From assembly GCF_035084215.1 (NCBI RefSeq), contig NW_027139217.1, forward strand, positions 310,001 through 374,000: a stretch of DNA of 64,000 nt. Reading direction: 5' to 3'. Both the position numbers and the translations under genes were made by a program. This document shows positions 46,613 through 59,160 of the stretch, one piece after another. Below the pieces are notes generated by a model. That model made no database searches. It saw only the letters and a program-made list of their open reading frames with translations, and was not told where the DNA came from. The stretch's first letter is position 1. Every line of letters begins with the position of its first letter. The stretch comes from Heptranchias perlo. Lineage: Eukaryota.

Positions 46613-47280
46613 ACTGCTCGGACCGCAGGATGGGAGCTCGGACCGCCGGGCGGGAGCTCGGACCGCCGGGCGGGAGCTCGGACCGCCGGGCGGGAGCTCG
46701 GACCGCAGGATGGGAGCTCGGACCGCCGGGAGGGAGCTCGGACCGCAGGGCGGGAGCTCGGACCGCAGGATGGGAGCTCGGACCGCCGGGCGGGAGCTCG
46801 GACCGCAGGATGGGAGCTCGGACCGCTGGGCGGGAGCTCGGACCGCAGGATGGAAGCTCGGACCGCCGGATGGAAGCTCGGACCGCAGGATGGAAGCTCG
46901 GACCGCCGGGCGGGAGCTCGGACCGCCGGGCGGGAGCTCGGACCGCCGGGCGGAAGCTCGGACCGCCGGGCGGACGCTCGGACCGCGGGACGGAAGCTCG
47001 GACCGCGGGACGGAAGCTCGGACCGCCGGGTGGGAGCTCGGACCGCCGGATGGAAGCTCGGACCGCCGGATGGAAGCTCGGACCGCCGGACGGAAGCTCG
47101 GACCGCCGGACGGAAGGTCGGACCGCCGGACGGACGCTCGGACTGCCGGGTGGATGCTCGGACCGCCGGACGGAAGCTCGGACCGCCGGGTGGAAGCTCG
47201 GACTGCCGGGCGGGAGCTCGTACCGCCGGGCGGGAGCTCGGACCGCCGGGCGGGAGCTCGGACCGCCGGGCGGGAGCTCA
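46613..47280. repeat. 20-bp minisatellite (gctcggaccgccgggcggga) within the Harbinger ORF
   Basis: Direct periodicity, about 33 units. Confidence 0.93.
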
Positions 47281-47600
47281 GACTGCTGCTATCGTGGCTC
47301 TGGGTTCCACTGTGGAACGGGGCTTCCAGGGAGTCACAGCACTCCAGCAATCCGTTCTCCAGCTGATCACCAGGATTTCTGAGGTGCTGCCCCGGGAGAG
47401 TGGCAGTGGCGCCATGTCAGTCGGACCTGCTGTCCCCTCTCCGGACGACAGCCTTCCTGCTCCCACCCCTGTCACTCCGCCAGTGCCCCTGTTGTTGTCT
47501 CTCGGCCAGCCAGGCCAGGCTGCTGCAGCCCAGGCTGAGATGGTGCAGTCTGAAGCCGGGCCCTCCCGGCCCAGAGCTGCTCGAGGTCGTCCTCCAAGGC

Positions 47601-48545
47601 CTCAATTTTCACCATATTTATAAATGACTTAGATGAAGGAATGGAGAGTCGTATATCCAAGTTTGCTGATGACACTAAATTAGGTGGCGCAGTAAGTAGT
47701 GTAGATGGGAGCAGGGAGTTGTAAAGAGACATTGAGAGATTCAGTGAGTGGGCAAAACTGGGGCAGATGGAGTTCAATGTGGGAAAATGTGAGGTCATCG
47801 ACTTTGGACCCAAGAAAGATAAATCAGAGTATTTTCTACACGGTGAGAAACTAGGAACTGGAGAGGAACAGAGAGATTTGGGAGTCCAAGTACAGAAATC
47901 ATTAAAAGCCAGTGGAGATACAAAAAGGATTGGGAAAGGCTAATGGAACGTTGGCCTTTATCTCGGGGGCTGGAATACAAAGGGGAGGAAGTTATGTTCC
48001 AGCTGTGCAGAGCTCTGGTCAGACCACATCTGGAGACTGTGTTCAGTTCTGGGCACCGCACCTCAGGAAGGATAGATTGGCCTTGGAGGGGGTGCAGCCC
48101 AGATTCACCAGAATGATCCCGGGGCTAAAAGGGTTAAATTACGAGGACAGGTTGTACAGACTAGGCTTGTATTCCCTCGAGTTTAGAAGATTGAGGGGTG
48201 ATCTGATCGAGGGTGTTTAAAATGTTAAAAGGATTTGATAGGGTAGATACGGAGAAACTACTTCGTCTAGTCGGGGAGACAAGAACAAGAGGACGGAATC
48301 TTCAAATTCGAGCCAGGCCGTTCAGGGGTGAAACCAGGAAGCATTTCTTCACACAAAGGGTGGTGGGAATCTGGAACTCTCTCCCCCAAAAGGCTGAGCA
48401 TTCTGGGGGTTCATTGGAGCTTTCAAAACTGAGATTGATCGATTTTTGTTGGGTCAGGACATCAAGGGATATGGAGCAAAGGGGAAAATGGAGTTGAGGT
48501 TCAGATCAGCCTTGATCTAATTGGAGGATCGAGGGGCCGAATGAA
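47601..48545 (+). mobile_element. CR1 fragment (close relative of 38625-39620, opposite orientation)
   Basis: KFADDTKLGG, GLGKANGTLAFIS, CVQFWAPH. Confidence 0.85.
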
Positions 48546-48564
48546 CACTGGGTTTCAATATCCC

Positions 48565-49140
48565 AACATGATCAAGGACATTGGAGAGGAAAGGGAGGGT
48601 GGAGATGGGGCGGGAGTTTGCAAGGACAGAGGGGTGAAGGGTGTTTTTTTTGAGGAGGGGGCTGATGACGGCAGATTTGAAGGGGAGGGGGACAGTACCT
48701 GAGGAGAGGGAACTGTTAACAATATCAGCTAACATGGTGGCCAGGAAGGGAAGTTGGGTGGTCATCAGTTTGGTGGGAATAGGGTCGAGGGAGCAGGAGG
48801 TGGGTCTCATGGTCAAGATGAGCTCGGAGAGGACATGAGGGGAGATAGGAGAGAAATTAGAGAAAGATGTGAGTTCAGGGCTAGGGCAGGGGGGAACTGG
48901 AGGGAAAGTTTGGCTCGGTGGGATCGGGGGAGGGAGGGAAGCATCAGAGGCAGCTGAACGATGGTCTCAATCTGAGTGACAAAGTCCATGAGCTCCTCAC
49001 ACCTGTTGTTTGAGGTGAGGGTGGAGGGGCAGGAGAGGGGGGTTTAAGAGGACGGTTTGTAGTGGAGAGAAGCCGGGGATTATCTTTCCATTCCAGGATG
49101 ATCCTGGAATAGTGAGCAGTTTTGTCAGAGGAGAGCAGGA
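48565..49140 (-). mobile_element. L2-clade LINE fragment
   Basis: SCSLDPIPT..IVNSSLSSG.VP..FK.A.I.PLLKK..L.P....N.RPIS.LPFLS.VL. Confidence 0.8.
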
Positions 49141-50274
49141 CAAACACTAACGACTATTTATTAACAAAGTTAAACATTGAGTTTAGGAGCAATTAATCAA
49201 TATAAATCGATGTAATCAGATTCATCAATGAGTTTGAACAGCAAACCTTAATGGACTGAGTTACTGAACCAAACGAGTAACCGAGGTTCTAAAGGTAAGT
49301 CAGTGGTGTCACCGTAATTCAGCAGGGATGTGAAATTATAGATGAGAGCGGTGCCTGGGACCTGCTCAATTGGTGAGGTTCCATTGGGGTTAAACCCCTC
49401 AGCAGCTGACAAGTTAACATCGTTAGACAGGCAGTTTAGTGAATGAATGAAAGTCTCGATGCTGGTGATGAGCAGTGTTTCCAGAGCTTACAGGACTGTG
49501 TCCTTACGAGCAGTGTGGCTCAGTCCATCTCCTTCCTTCTCTGGGACACAGACGTTGCCTGTTGGAGCCTTTAGACGACGAGCCCCTTCAGCGGTGGGAT
49601 TATGTGCTGGGATTGGATCGTCTGTTCTGTCTGAACCCACCTTTGAACGGGCGACAATATCTGCTCATGGGCTTAGTCCTCACCGGCCCTGGTCTGATAT
49701 TGTACAGTTCAGTGACACACTTCCCTCTCCCTGTAAAGGGCTAGTGTAGTCACAATGTCACTTCGAACCTCTGCTCTGTCCTTAAGGACACCTTGTACTG
49801 GGAAGGGTGTCTATTACTACCGATTACTCCAGTCTGGATTACCGAGAGAGACTTGAGGGTTTCTCAAGCACTCGTTGTTATACCTTAAACTCAGGATAAA
49901 ATCTCTCCATATAATCGGCCAATCTGAGTGAGACGTGCCAGAGGGGTTCGTCAATCACTTCGAATAAACACGGAGGGTCTTGGATTGTCTCTGAGTTCGT
50001 GACCTGCAGATCCCAAGCGATGGGATGGCTTTTATGACCCACCTCGCCCATCCATTGGATCTCGCACAAGTCTGAGGGGATGTGACATGTTCACCACTCA
50101 CTAACTGCTTCTTCCCTGGACCTGAGTCCAGTGAATGGCTGTCTGTCCCGGCAAGGAGGGCCTCGTTTGTACACTGGCCTTCATGGTGTCATTAACCGAG
50201 ACGCTTTGAAGCTGAAATTCCCTTTTAAGCCCATTTCAAACGGTTTACAGGACATTTCCCCAGTGAATCTTCAA

Positions 50275-51380
50275 TTACACAGAATTACATCGAATGTACA
50301 GCACAGAAACAGGCCATTCGGCCCAACAGGTCTATCCCGGTGTTTGTGCTCCACACGAGCCTCCTCCCTCCCTACTTCATCTCACCCTATCACCATATCC
50401 TTCTATTCCTTTCTCCCTCATGTGTTTATCGAGCTTCCCCTTAAATCCATCCACACTATTCACCTCAACTACTCCTTGTGGGAGCGAGTTCCACATTCTC
50501 ACCACTCTCTGGGTAAAGAAGTTTCTCCTGAATTCCCTATTGGATTTATTAGTGACTATCTTATATTTATGGCCCCTCGTTCTGGTCTCCCCCACAAGTG
50601 GAAACATCTTCTCTATCGAACCCTTTCATAATCTTAAAGACCTCTATCAGGTCATCCCTCAGTTTTCTGTTTTCTAAAGAAAAGATCCCCAGCCCATTCA
50701 GACTTCCCTGATTGGTATAACCTCTCAGTTCTGATATCATCCTTGTGAATCTTTTTTGCACCTTCTCCAGTGCCTCTTTATCCTTTTTATAATATAGAGA
50801 CCAGAACTGTTCACAGTACTCCAAGTGTGGTCTAACCAAGGTTCGATACAAGTTTAATATAACTTCTCTGCTTTTTAACTCTATCCCTCTGGAAATGAAC
50901 CCCAGTGTGTGGTTTGCTGTGTCGCTACTTTTAGTGATTTGTGTATCTGTCCCCCCAGATCCCTCTGCTCCTTTACCCCATTTAGACTCTTATTATCCAA
51001 TCAGTATGGGGCCTCCTTATTCTTCTGATCAAAATGTCCCACCTCACACTTATCTATATTGAAATTAATTTGCCAATTACACGCCCATTCTGCAAGTTTA
51101 TTAATGTCTTATATTTTGTCACAGTCCTCCTGGTACTAACTATATCCCCAATTTGGTGTCTGCAAATTTTGAAATTGTATTTCTGATTCCTGAGTCCAAA
51201 TCGTTGATGTAAATGGTGAACAACAGTGGTCCCAGCACCGATCCCTGGGGAACACCACTTCCCACCTTTTGCCAGTCTGAGTAACGACCTTTAACCCCTA
51301 CTCTCTGTTTTCTGTTTTGTAACCAGCTTGTTATCCATTCTGTTACCTGTCCCCTGACTCCATGCTCTGACCTTAGTCGT
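50275..51380 (-). mobile_element. CR1 3' fragment
   Basis: [37 protein letters not shown]. Confidence 0.85.
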
Positions 51381-51794
51381 CAATCACCATTCTGGCAATT
51401 AACAGGACCCTTTTCCTGCACCATTTCCTGTTCCGATGTTCTGGTGAAAGCAGCTTGTTACCAGGGTTGGACGTTCCACGGCCGACAGATGCCGGGACAT
51501 GTAATTGGCATCACGGTGAGTGGCGGTGAGTTCCTCGTCTGCCTTCAGTGTCTCTCCACTGAAAACAAGGCCGTCTCTGTGCTCCGGCCCAGACAGCATC
51601 CAACAGGAGTTTCTCAGGCACTCACACGGTGTTGTCCCATCTCTGTCCTTCCTTCATCTGGGAACAGAATTCACCCGCATTGATCACCGGCCAAAGACAC
51701 TTCCTGAGCTGCTCAACCTCCTTGGCATCTGAGCAAAGGCCCCCACCCCCTCTGTCAAACCACTCAGATAGAGAGATCCCATTGGACCAGCTCG

Positions 51795-52440
51795 CCCATC
51801 ACAGCCCGTCCCCCTGGTACATTAACCCCCCCATTACAGCCCCTCCCCCGGTACATTAACCCCCCCATCACAGCCCCTCCCTCTGGTACATTAACCCCCC
51901 ATCACAGCCCCTCCCTCTGGTACATTAACCCCCTCATCACAGCCCCTCCCTCTGGTACATTAACCCCCTCATCACAGCCCCTCCCTCTGGTACATTAACC
52001 CCCTCATCACAGCCCCTCCCTCTGGTACATTAACCCCCATCACAGCCCCTCCCTCTGGTACATTAACCGCCTCATCACAGCCCCTCCCTCTGGTACATTA
52101 ACCCCCATTACAGCCCCTCCCTCTGGTACATTAACCCCCCATCACAGCCCCTCCCTCTGGTACATTAACCCCCCATCACAGCCCCTCCCTCTGGTACATT
52201 AACCCCCTCATCACAGCTCCTCCCTCTGGTACATTAACCCCCATCACAGCCCCTCCCTCTGGTACATTAACCCCCCCATCACAGCCCCTCCCTCTGGTAC
52301 ATTAACCCCCCATCACAGCCCCTCCCTCTGGTACATTAACCCCCCATCACAGCCCCTCCCTCTGGTACATTAACCCCCCCATCACAGCCCCTCCCTCTGG
52401 TACATTAACCCCCATCACAGCCCCTCCCTCTGGTCCATTA
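51795..52440. repeat. About 34-bp minisatellite
   Basis: atcacagcccctccctctggtacattaacccc. Confidence 0.93.
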
Positions 52441-52509
52441 ACTCTCCCATTAAAGTTGCATTTTCCTCGTCCCAAGAATTTTGGGACCATCGACTTTAAA
52501 AGCAAAACA

Positions 52510-52925
52510 GGACAGTGGGGGATGGGGCAGGATTACAGTACAGTGGGGGATGGGGCAGGATTACAGGACAGTGGGAGATGGGGCAGGATTACAGTACAGT
52601 GGGGGATAAGGCAGGATTACAGTACAGTGGGGGATGGGGCAGGATTACAGTACAGTGGGGATAAGGCAGGATTACAGTACAGTGGGGGATGGGGCAGGAT
52701 TACAGTACAGTGGGGGATGGGGCAGGATTACAGTACAGTGGGGATGAGGCAGGATTACAGTACAGTGGGGGATAAGGCAGGATTACAGTACAGTGGGGGA
52801 TGGTGCAGGATTACAATAGTACAGTGGGGGATGGGGCAGGATTACAGGACAGTGGGGGATGGGGCAGGATTACAGTACAGTGGGGGATGGGGCAGGATTA
52901 CAGGACAGTGGGGGATGGGGCAGGA
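52510..52925. repeat. 28-bp minisatellite
   Basis: gatggggcaggattacagtacagtgggg. Confidence 0.93.
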
Positions 52926-52949
52926 AGAAGAGGCATCATAGCTCAGTGA

Positions 52950-54106
52950 ATGTCCATATACTAACAGAGCAGGCCCAGACTGTCCATATACGAACAGAGC
53001 AGGCCCAGACTGTCCATATACTAACAGAGCAGGCCCAGACTGTCCATATACGAACAGAGCTGGGCCAGACTGTCCATATACTAACAGATCTGGCCCAGAC
53101 TGTCCATATACTAACAGAGCAGGGCCAGACTGTCCATATACGAACAGAGCTGGGCCAGACTGTCCATATACTAACAGAGCAGGCCCAGACTGTCCATATA
53201 CGAACAGAGCTGGGCCAGACTGTCCATATACTAACAGAGCTGGGCCAGACTGTCCATGTACGAGCTGGAGAGCAGGCCCAAACTGTCCATATACTAACAG
53301 AGCTGGCCCAGACTGTCCATATACGAGCTGGAGAGTAGGCCCAGACTGTCCATGTACGAGCTGGAGAGTAGGCCCAGACTGTCCATATACGAGCTGGAGA
53401 GTAGGCCCAGACTGTCCATGTACGAGCTGGAGAGCAGGCCCAGACTGTCCATGTACGAGCTGGAGAGCAGGCCCAGACTGTCCAGAGACGAGCTGGAGAG
53501 CAGGCCCAGACTGTCCATGTACGAGCTGGAGAGCAGGCCCAGACTGTCCATATACGAGCTGGAGAGTAGGCCCAGACTGTCCATATACGAGCTGGAGAGT
53601 AGGCCCAGACTGTCCATGTACGAGCTGGAGAGTAGGCCCAGACTGTCCATGTACGAGCTGGAGAGCAGGCCCAGACTGTCCAGAGACGAGCTGGAGAGCA
53701 GGCCCAGACTGTCCATGTACGAGCTGGAGAGCAGGCCCAGACTGTCCAGAGACGAGCTGGAGAGCAGGCCCAGACTGTCCAGAGACGAGCTGGAGAGCAG
53801 GCCCAGACTGTCCATGTACGAGCTGGAGAGCAGGCCCAGACTGTCCATATACGAACAGGAGAGCAGGCCCAGACTGTCCATATACTAACAGGAGAGCAGG
53901 CCCAGACTGTCCATATACTAACAGGAGAGCAGGCCCAGACTGTCCATATACGAGCTGGAGAGCAGGCCCAGACTGTCCAGAGACGAGCTGGAGAGCTGGC
54001 CCAGACTGTCCATATACTAACAGGAGAGCTGGCCCAGACTGTCCATATACTAACAGGAGAGCTGGCCCAGACTGTCCATATACTAACAGGAGAGCAGGCC
54101 CAGACT
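52950..54106. repeat. 30-bp to 33-bp minisatellite
   Basis: cccagactgtccata.. units change from 30 to 33 bp at about 53260. Confidence 0.93.
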
Positions 54107-54121
54107 GGGGTCTTTACTCAC

Positions 54122-54333
54122 AGAGGTTGAGAGAATCCTCAATCCCGGGGGCCTTTCTCTGCCACTCAATGACCAGTGTCCCACCATAGATATTCCATTG
54201 AGATTGGAGCGTAGAGAACAGCACCCACTCACCGACAGGAAGGGGGAGCAACAGGAAGGAGTGTTTGAACAATTAGTTCCTTGTCCTGGATTTGGTGTTT
54301 ATATTTATGGTGAAGAGGGGAAGGCAAATGAAT
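54122..54333 (-). pseudogene. Candidate degenerate Ig V-set exon (CD2/SLAM/HEPACAM-like)
   Basis: Acceptor ttcttgcttcactccag| and donor |gtgagt. One frame reads FTININTKSR..*..PVGEWVLFST..LVIEWQRKAPG. The resemblance is by eye only. Confidence 0.25.
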
Positions 54334-54357
54334 CTGGAGTGAAGCAAGAATCAGATA

Positions 54358-56254
54358 GTGGGAGTAAGGAGGGTGGTGAGGATTGAGGGAGTGTGGGTGG
54401 AGTAAGGAGGGTGGTGAGGATTGAGGGAGTGTGGGTGGAGTAAGGAGGGTGGTGAGGATTGAGGGAGTGTGGGTGGAGGAAGGAGGGTGGTGAGGATTGA
54501 GGGAGTGTGGGTGGGAGTAAGGAGGGTGGTGAGGATTGAGGGAGTATGGGTGGAGTAAGGAGGGTGGTGAGGATTGAGGGAGTGTGGGTGGGAGTAAGGA
54601 GGATGGTGGGGATTGAGGGAGTGTGGGTGGAGTAAGGAGGGTGGTGAGGATTGAGGGAGTGTGTGTGGAGTAAGTAGGGTGGTGAGGATTGAGGGAGTGT
54701 GGGTGGGAGTAAGGAGGGTGGTGAGGATTGAGGGAGTGTGGGTGGGAGTAAGGAGGGTGGTGAGGATTGAGGGAGTGTGGGTGGGAGTAAGGAGGGTGGT
54801 GAGGATTGAGGGAGTGTGGGTGGGAGTGAGGAGGGTGGTGTGGATTGAGGGAGTGTGGGTGGGAGTGAGGAGGGTGGTGTGGATTGAGGGAGTGTGGGTG
54901 GAGTAAGGAGGGTGGTGAGGATTGAGGGAGTGTGTGTGGAGTAAGGAGGGTGGTGAGGATTGAGGGAGTGTGGGTGGGAGTAAGGAGGGTGGTGAGGATT
55001 GAGGGAGTGTGTGTGGAGTAAGGAGGGTGGTGAGGATTGAGGGAGTGTGGGTGGAGTAAGGAGGGTGGTGAGGATTGAGGGAGTGTGGGTGGAGTAAGGA
55101 GGATGGAGAGGATTGAGGGAGTGTGGGTGGGAGTAAGGAGGGTGGTGAGGATTGAGGGAGTGTGGGTGGAGTAAGGAAGGTGGTGAGGATTGAGGGAGTG
55201 TGGGTGGGAGTAAGGAGGGTGGTGAGGATTGAGGGAGTGTGGGTGGAGTAAGGAAGGTGGTGAGGATTGAGGGAGTGTGTGTGGAGTGAGGAGGGTGGTG
55301 AGGATTGAGGGAGTGTGGGTGGAGTAAGGAGGGTGGTGAGGATTGAGGGAGTGTGGGTGGGAGTAAGGAGGGTGGTGAGGATTGAGGGAGTGTGGGTGGG
55401 AGTAAGGAGGGTGGTGAGGATTGAGGGAGTGTGGGTGGAGTAAGGAGGGTGGTGAGGATTGAGGGAGTGTGGGTGGGAGTAAGGAGGGTGGTGAGGATTG
55501 AGGGAGTGTGTGTGGAGTAAGGAGGGTGGTGAGGATTGAGGGAGTGTGGGTGGAGTAAGGAGGGTGGTGAGGATTGAGGGAGTGTGGGTGGGAGTAAGGA
55601 GGGTGGTGAGGATTGAGGGAGTGTGGGTGGGAGTAAGGAGGGTGGTGAGGATTGAGGGAGTGTGGGTGGAGTAAGGAGGGTGGTGAGGATTGAGGGAGTG
55701 TGGGTGGGAGTAAGGAGGGTGGTGAGGATTGAGGGAGTGTGTGTGGAGTAAGGAGGGTGGTGAGGATTGAGGGAGTGTGGGTGGGAGTAAGGAGGGTGGT
55801 GAGGATTGAGGGAGTGTGGGTGGAGTAAGGAGGGTGGTGAGGATTGAGGGAGTGTGTGTGGAGTGAGGAGGGTGGTGAGGATTGAGGGAGTGTGGGTGGG
55901 AGTAAGGAGGGTGGTGAGGATTGAGGGAGTGTGTGTGGAGTAAGGAGGATGGTGAGGATTGAGGGAGTGTGGGTGGGAGTAAGGAGGGTGGTGAGGATTG
56001 AGGGAGTGTGGGTGGAGTAAGGAAGGTGGTGAGGATTGAGGGAGTGTGGGTGGAGTAAGGAGGGTGGTGAGGATTGAGGGAGTGTGAGTGGGAGTAAGGA
56101 GGGTGGTGAGGATTGAGGGAGTGTGGGTGGGAGTAAGGAGGGTGGTGAGGATTGAGGGAGTGTGGGTGGGAGTAAGGAGGATGGTGAGGATTGAGGGAGT
56201 GTGGGTGGAGTAAGGAGGGTGGTGAGGATTGAGGGAGTGTGTGTGGAGTGAGGA
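54358..56254. repeat. 38/39-bp purine-rich minisatellite
   Basis: ggagtaaggagggtggtgaggattgagggagtgtgggt. Confidence 0.95.
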
Positions 56255-57529
56255 GGGAACCCGACGTCCCTGACGTCGGGTTCCCACTTCCACGATGGTC
56301 AGTCTCCGGAGTCTCCCTCACAAACAAACACATTCTCTCTCTCTGGCACAAAGTCTGCAATGCTTCAGTTTTAACTCCAAGTCTGTCTTTTCGAATGATG
56401 CTGTCTTCTCAAAGTTGCTGGAGTGGTTGGTTTCATCCCCTGATTGGCTCTGTTCCAAGGGGTGAGGTAGCATCACTCATACCCCTTTTCTAAATAAGGC
56501 CTGGTGTCTCATCACCGTTCCTTTGTCCCTCGAAGAAGCGGAACGAATTCAAACCGGTTCTGGCCAGTTCAGACCAGTGACTGAACTCCAGGTCACCTCA
56601 GTTCAAAAGGTCAGTGTCTTTGTCAGCAATTCGAATTAAACTCAATCGGTTTCTGCAGCCTCTGGCCAACAAGGGGGGGTCAGGGTAATGGTTTAAGAGT
56701 CACCCCCTGATCTAGTTGTTCCCGGTGTCCCTGGTACTCTCTGTTCCAGGGTCTGGTCCTGGACAGAGTGAACACACAGCTGCAGTTTGGAGAGCGAGAG
56801 CTTTTATTATTCCACAGGTATAAATTGAAGCCAGTAAGTAGAGTGGTGCAGAGTGCAATCCCAAACATTTCCATTGCCCACCCTAGTCCCACACAGCAGG
56901 CCAGTAACAGCCTGGCTGGGTTCAGAGACCTGAAGCTGCTCCTTCCCTTTAACAAACCGCAGTCCCAGGGAGACACAGGGCCCACTTCAGACACCAATCA
57001 ATACGGGCGGGAAGAACAGAAACTTCAACTGAGCAGAGAATCAAAACATTTCACCCTTGCCGAGGGGAAGAGGTTGGAGACGGAGTCACTGATCTGGGAC
57101 TAATCAGCGGCCCGCTGACCTCTCCCTGAATCAGTTTAATGAACATTTCCCATCGACAGGAACACAGGCAACGACTGCAATTAAAAACATCTCATTTAAC
57201 ATTCAATGGCAAAACACACAACTGGAGATTTCGATCAAATCACCAAGAAAAAAAGCCAAAAATCATCTCAATGATGGAAACATTACAGAATACAGTAAAA
57301 AAAAACAGCGAGAGCAGCCAGTGACAATCAATCAAAACTAATTGCGATTAACAATCCCCGATCGTTTCTCAATCAATCCTCCCAGCGACACCGAACATCC
57401 AGATTCTGGATCCAATCAACTTCACTCAGGATCAGCCTGGGGAATGGAACAGAGACAGATTCACAGGGAGGCTCACACCCAGTACAGGAGGTGGGACTGA
57501 GAGAGATTGATATAGAAACTCCGTTCCCC

Positions 57530-58035
57530 AGACCCCCGACTCCATCCCTCTCCCTGGCCACTGTCTGAGGCTGAACCAGACCGTTCACAACCTTGGGGTC
57601 CTATTTGACCCTGAGATGAGCTTCTGACCCCATATCCGCTCCATCACCAAGACCGCCTACTTCCCCCTCCGTAACATCGCCCGTCTCCGCCCCTCCCTCA
57701 GCTCATCTGCTGCTGAAACCCTCATCCGTGCCTCTGTTACCTCCAGACTGGACTATTCCAATGCTCTCCTGGCCGGCCTCCCATCTTCCACCCTCCATAA
57801 ACTTGAACTCATCCAAAACTCTGCTCCCGTATCCCAACTCTCACCAAGTCCCGTTCTCCCAGCACCCCCTGTGCTCGCTGACCTGCACTGGCTCCCGGTC
57901 CGGGAACGCCTCGATTTTAAAATTCTCATCCTTGTTTTCAAATCCCTCCATGGCCCTCGCCCCCTCCCTATCTCTGTAACCTCCTCCAGCCCTACAACCC
58001 TCCGAGATCTCTGCGTTCCTCCAATTCTGGCCTCT
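57530..58035 (+). mobile_element. L2 fragment (duplicate of 29870-30375)
   Basis: [27 protein letters not shown]. Confidence 0.8.
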
Positions 58036-58855
58036 TGTCCACCCCCACTCCCTTCACCCCACCATTGGTGGCCGTTCCAGGTGCCACGGGACAGGCCCCC
58101 TACAGACACAAGTAAAGATTGCAGCAATGTGAGTGAACACGGCCAGCCCAGCCCAGGACACAATCCTTCCCATCAAACCTCTCCAGGAGCACCAGATCTC
58201 AGAGAAGACCGAGTGTTCCAGCATAGTGTCACAAGGTACACTGCACAATGGGTCAGTCTAAGGCCCAGGGTCCGAGGTGAGGTATAATCCCCATCCTCAA
58301 ATCCTCAGCACAACCAGCTCCCCCTCTCAAGGTGACAGATTCCATCCTCCAGTATATTAAACAGCTGCAGGGTCTCACTGAGCAGCTGACGGGACCCAGA
58401 AGTTTGTTGCTCACCAGTCCTGGTTTCGAAACCTCCAGTTCTCCCTGTTTAAATTAATTCATTCCACTGCTGCCAGGAATATTAACCTCCACAACCCAGC
58501 CAGACGTCTGGAATTCCCTCCTCACTCCCCCAACATATTCACTTAAAGCCTCGGCCTGACGATGGCCCAGAACGATTGGACCTTCAGTTTGTTAGCTGAA
58601 GGGAAGTGGATGCTGCAGCAGCTCAGGCACCTTTAATAGAACAAGAGGTCACCAGGTGATTCCTGGGGTCAGAGAGAAGCTTTACTCTCTCCCTGACCTC
58701 ACCTGGGCCTGATTCACACTGATGATGGGTTCAAAAAAACTCTTCCTTCCCACAAAAAAAGCTCGTATTGCCAGATCTGCGATGTATTAAACCCCAGTTG
58801 ATCAATGGTGGACCGTGACTGTCAAAGGAATTCCACTTCACCCCTGGGGGTTGTG

Positions 58856-59160
58856 GGCTGGAAATTGGGCCGTGTCGCGCACGTTGTTTCAGCGTGACAC
58901 GGCCTCCTGAAGTGACAAGATGGCGCCTTGGCTGCGCACGCACGTTTCCAGCGTGACGTGTGCCGGACGCCACCTTGGTATAGGTATTAGCGCAGGCGCA
59001 AATATCGAACGCCGGCAGCATTTAAAGTAAGGAGAAAATGGATCCAATCAGCGTGGGATTTAGTAGTGCGCAACCTTAATTCAATCTGTTAACGTAACTC
59101 AGCAGTTTTTAAACATAGGGACGGGACCTGCATCTGTGTTTTACGTGTGTGAAGTCTGAG
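58856..59160. mobile_element. Harbinger-like terminal fragment replacing the exon-7 region of copy 2
   Basis: Starts with TIR-like GGCTGGAAATTGG. Segment 59053-59160 matches the Harbinger-associated sequence at 11852-11960. Confidence 0.6.

Larger units (their letters stand above)
44481..47600 (+). mobile_element. Harbinger/PIF element 5' part with frameshifted spliced Myb/SANT gene
   Basis: TIR-like GGGGTTAAATTGG; ARERAPRFSDSALEALVEE..WEEMA.EVNA..RTWIQCRKKFNDLTRVVK|gtaagt; further exons at about 45264 and 46049. Confidence 0.75.

Noticed and set aside
52950-54106. Repetitive protein (YELESRPRLSM)n
   Set aside because: Stops occur within the array and no flanking exon structure is evident; treated as a minisatellite.
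54305-56360. Mucin- or extensin-like 660-aa ORFs
   Set aside because: 38/39-bp repeat with unit lengths that shift frame; no signal peptide or unique domain.
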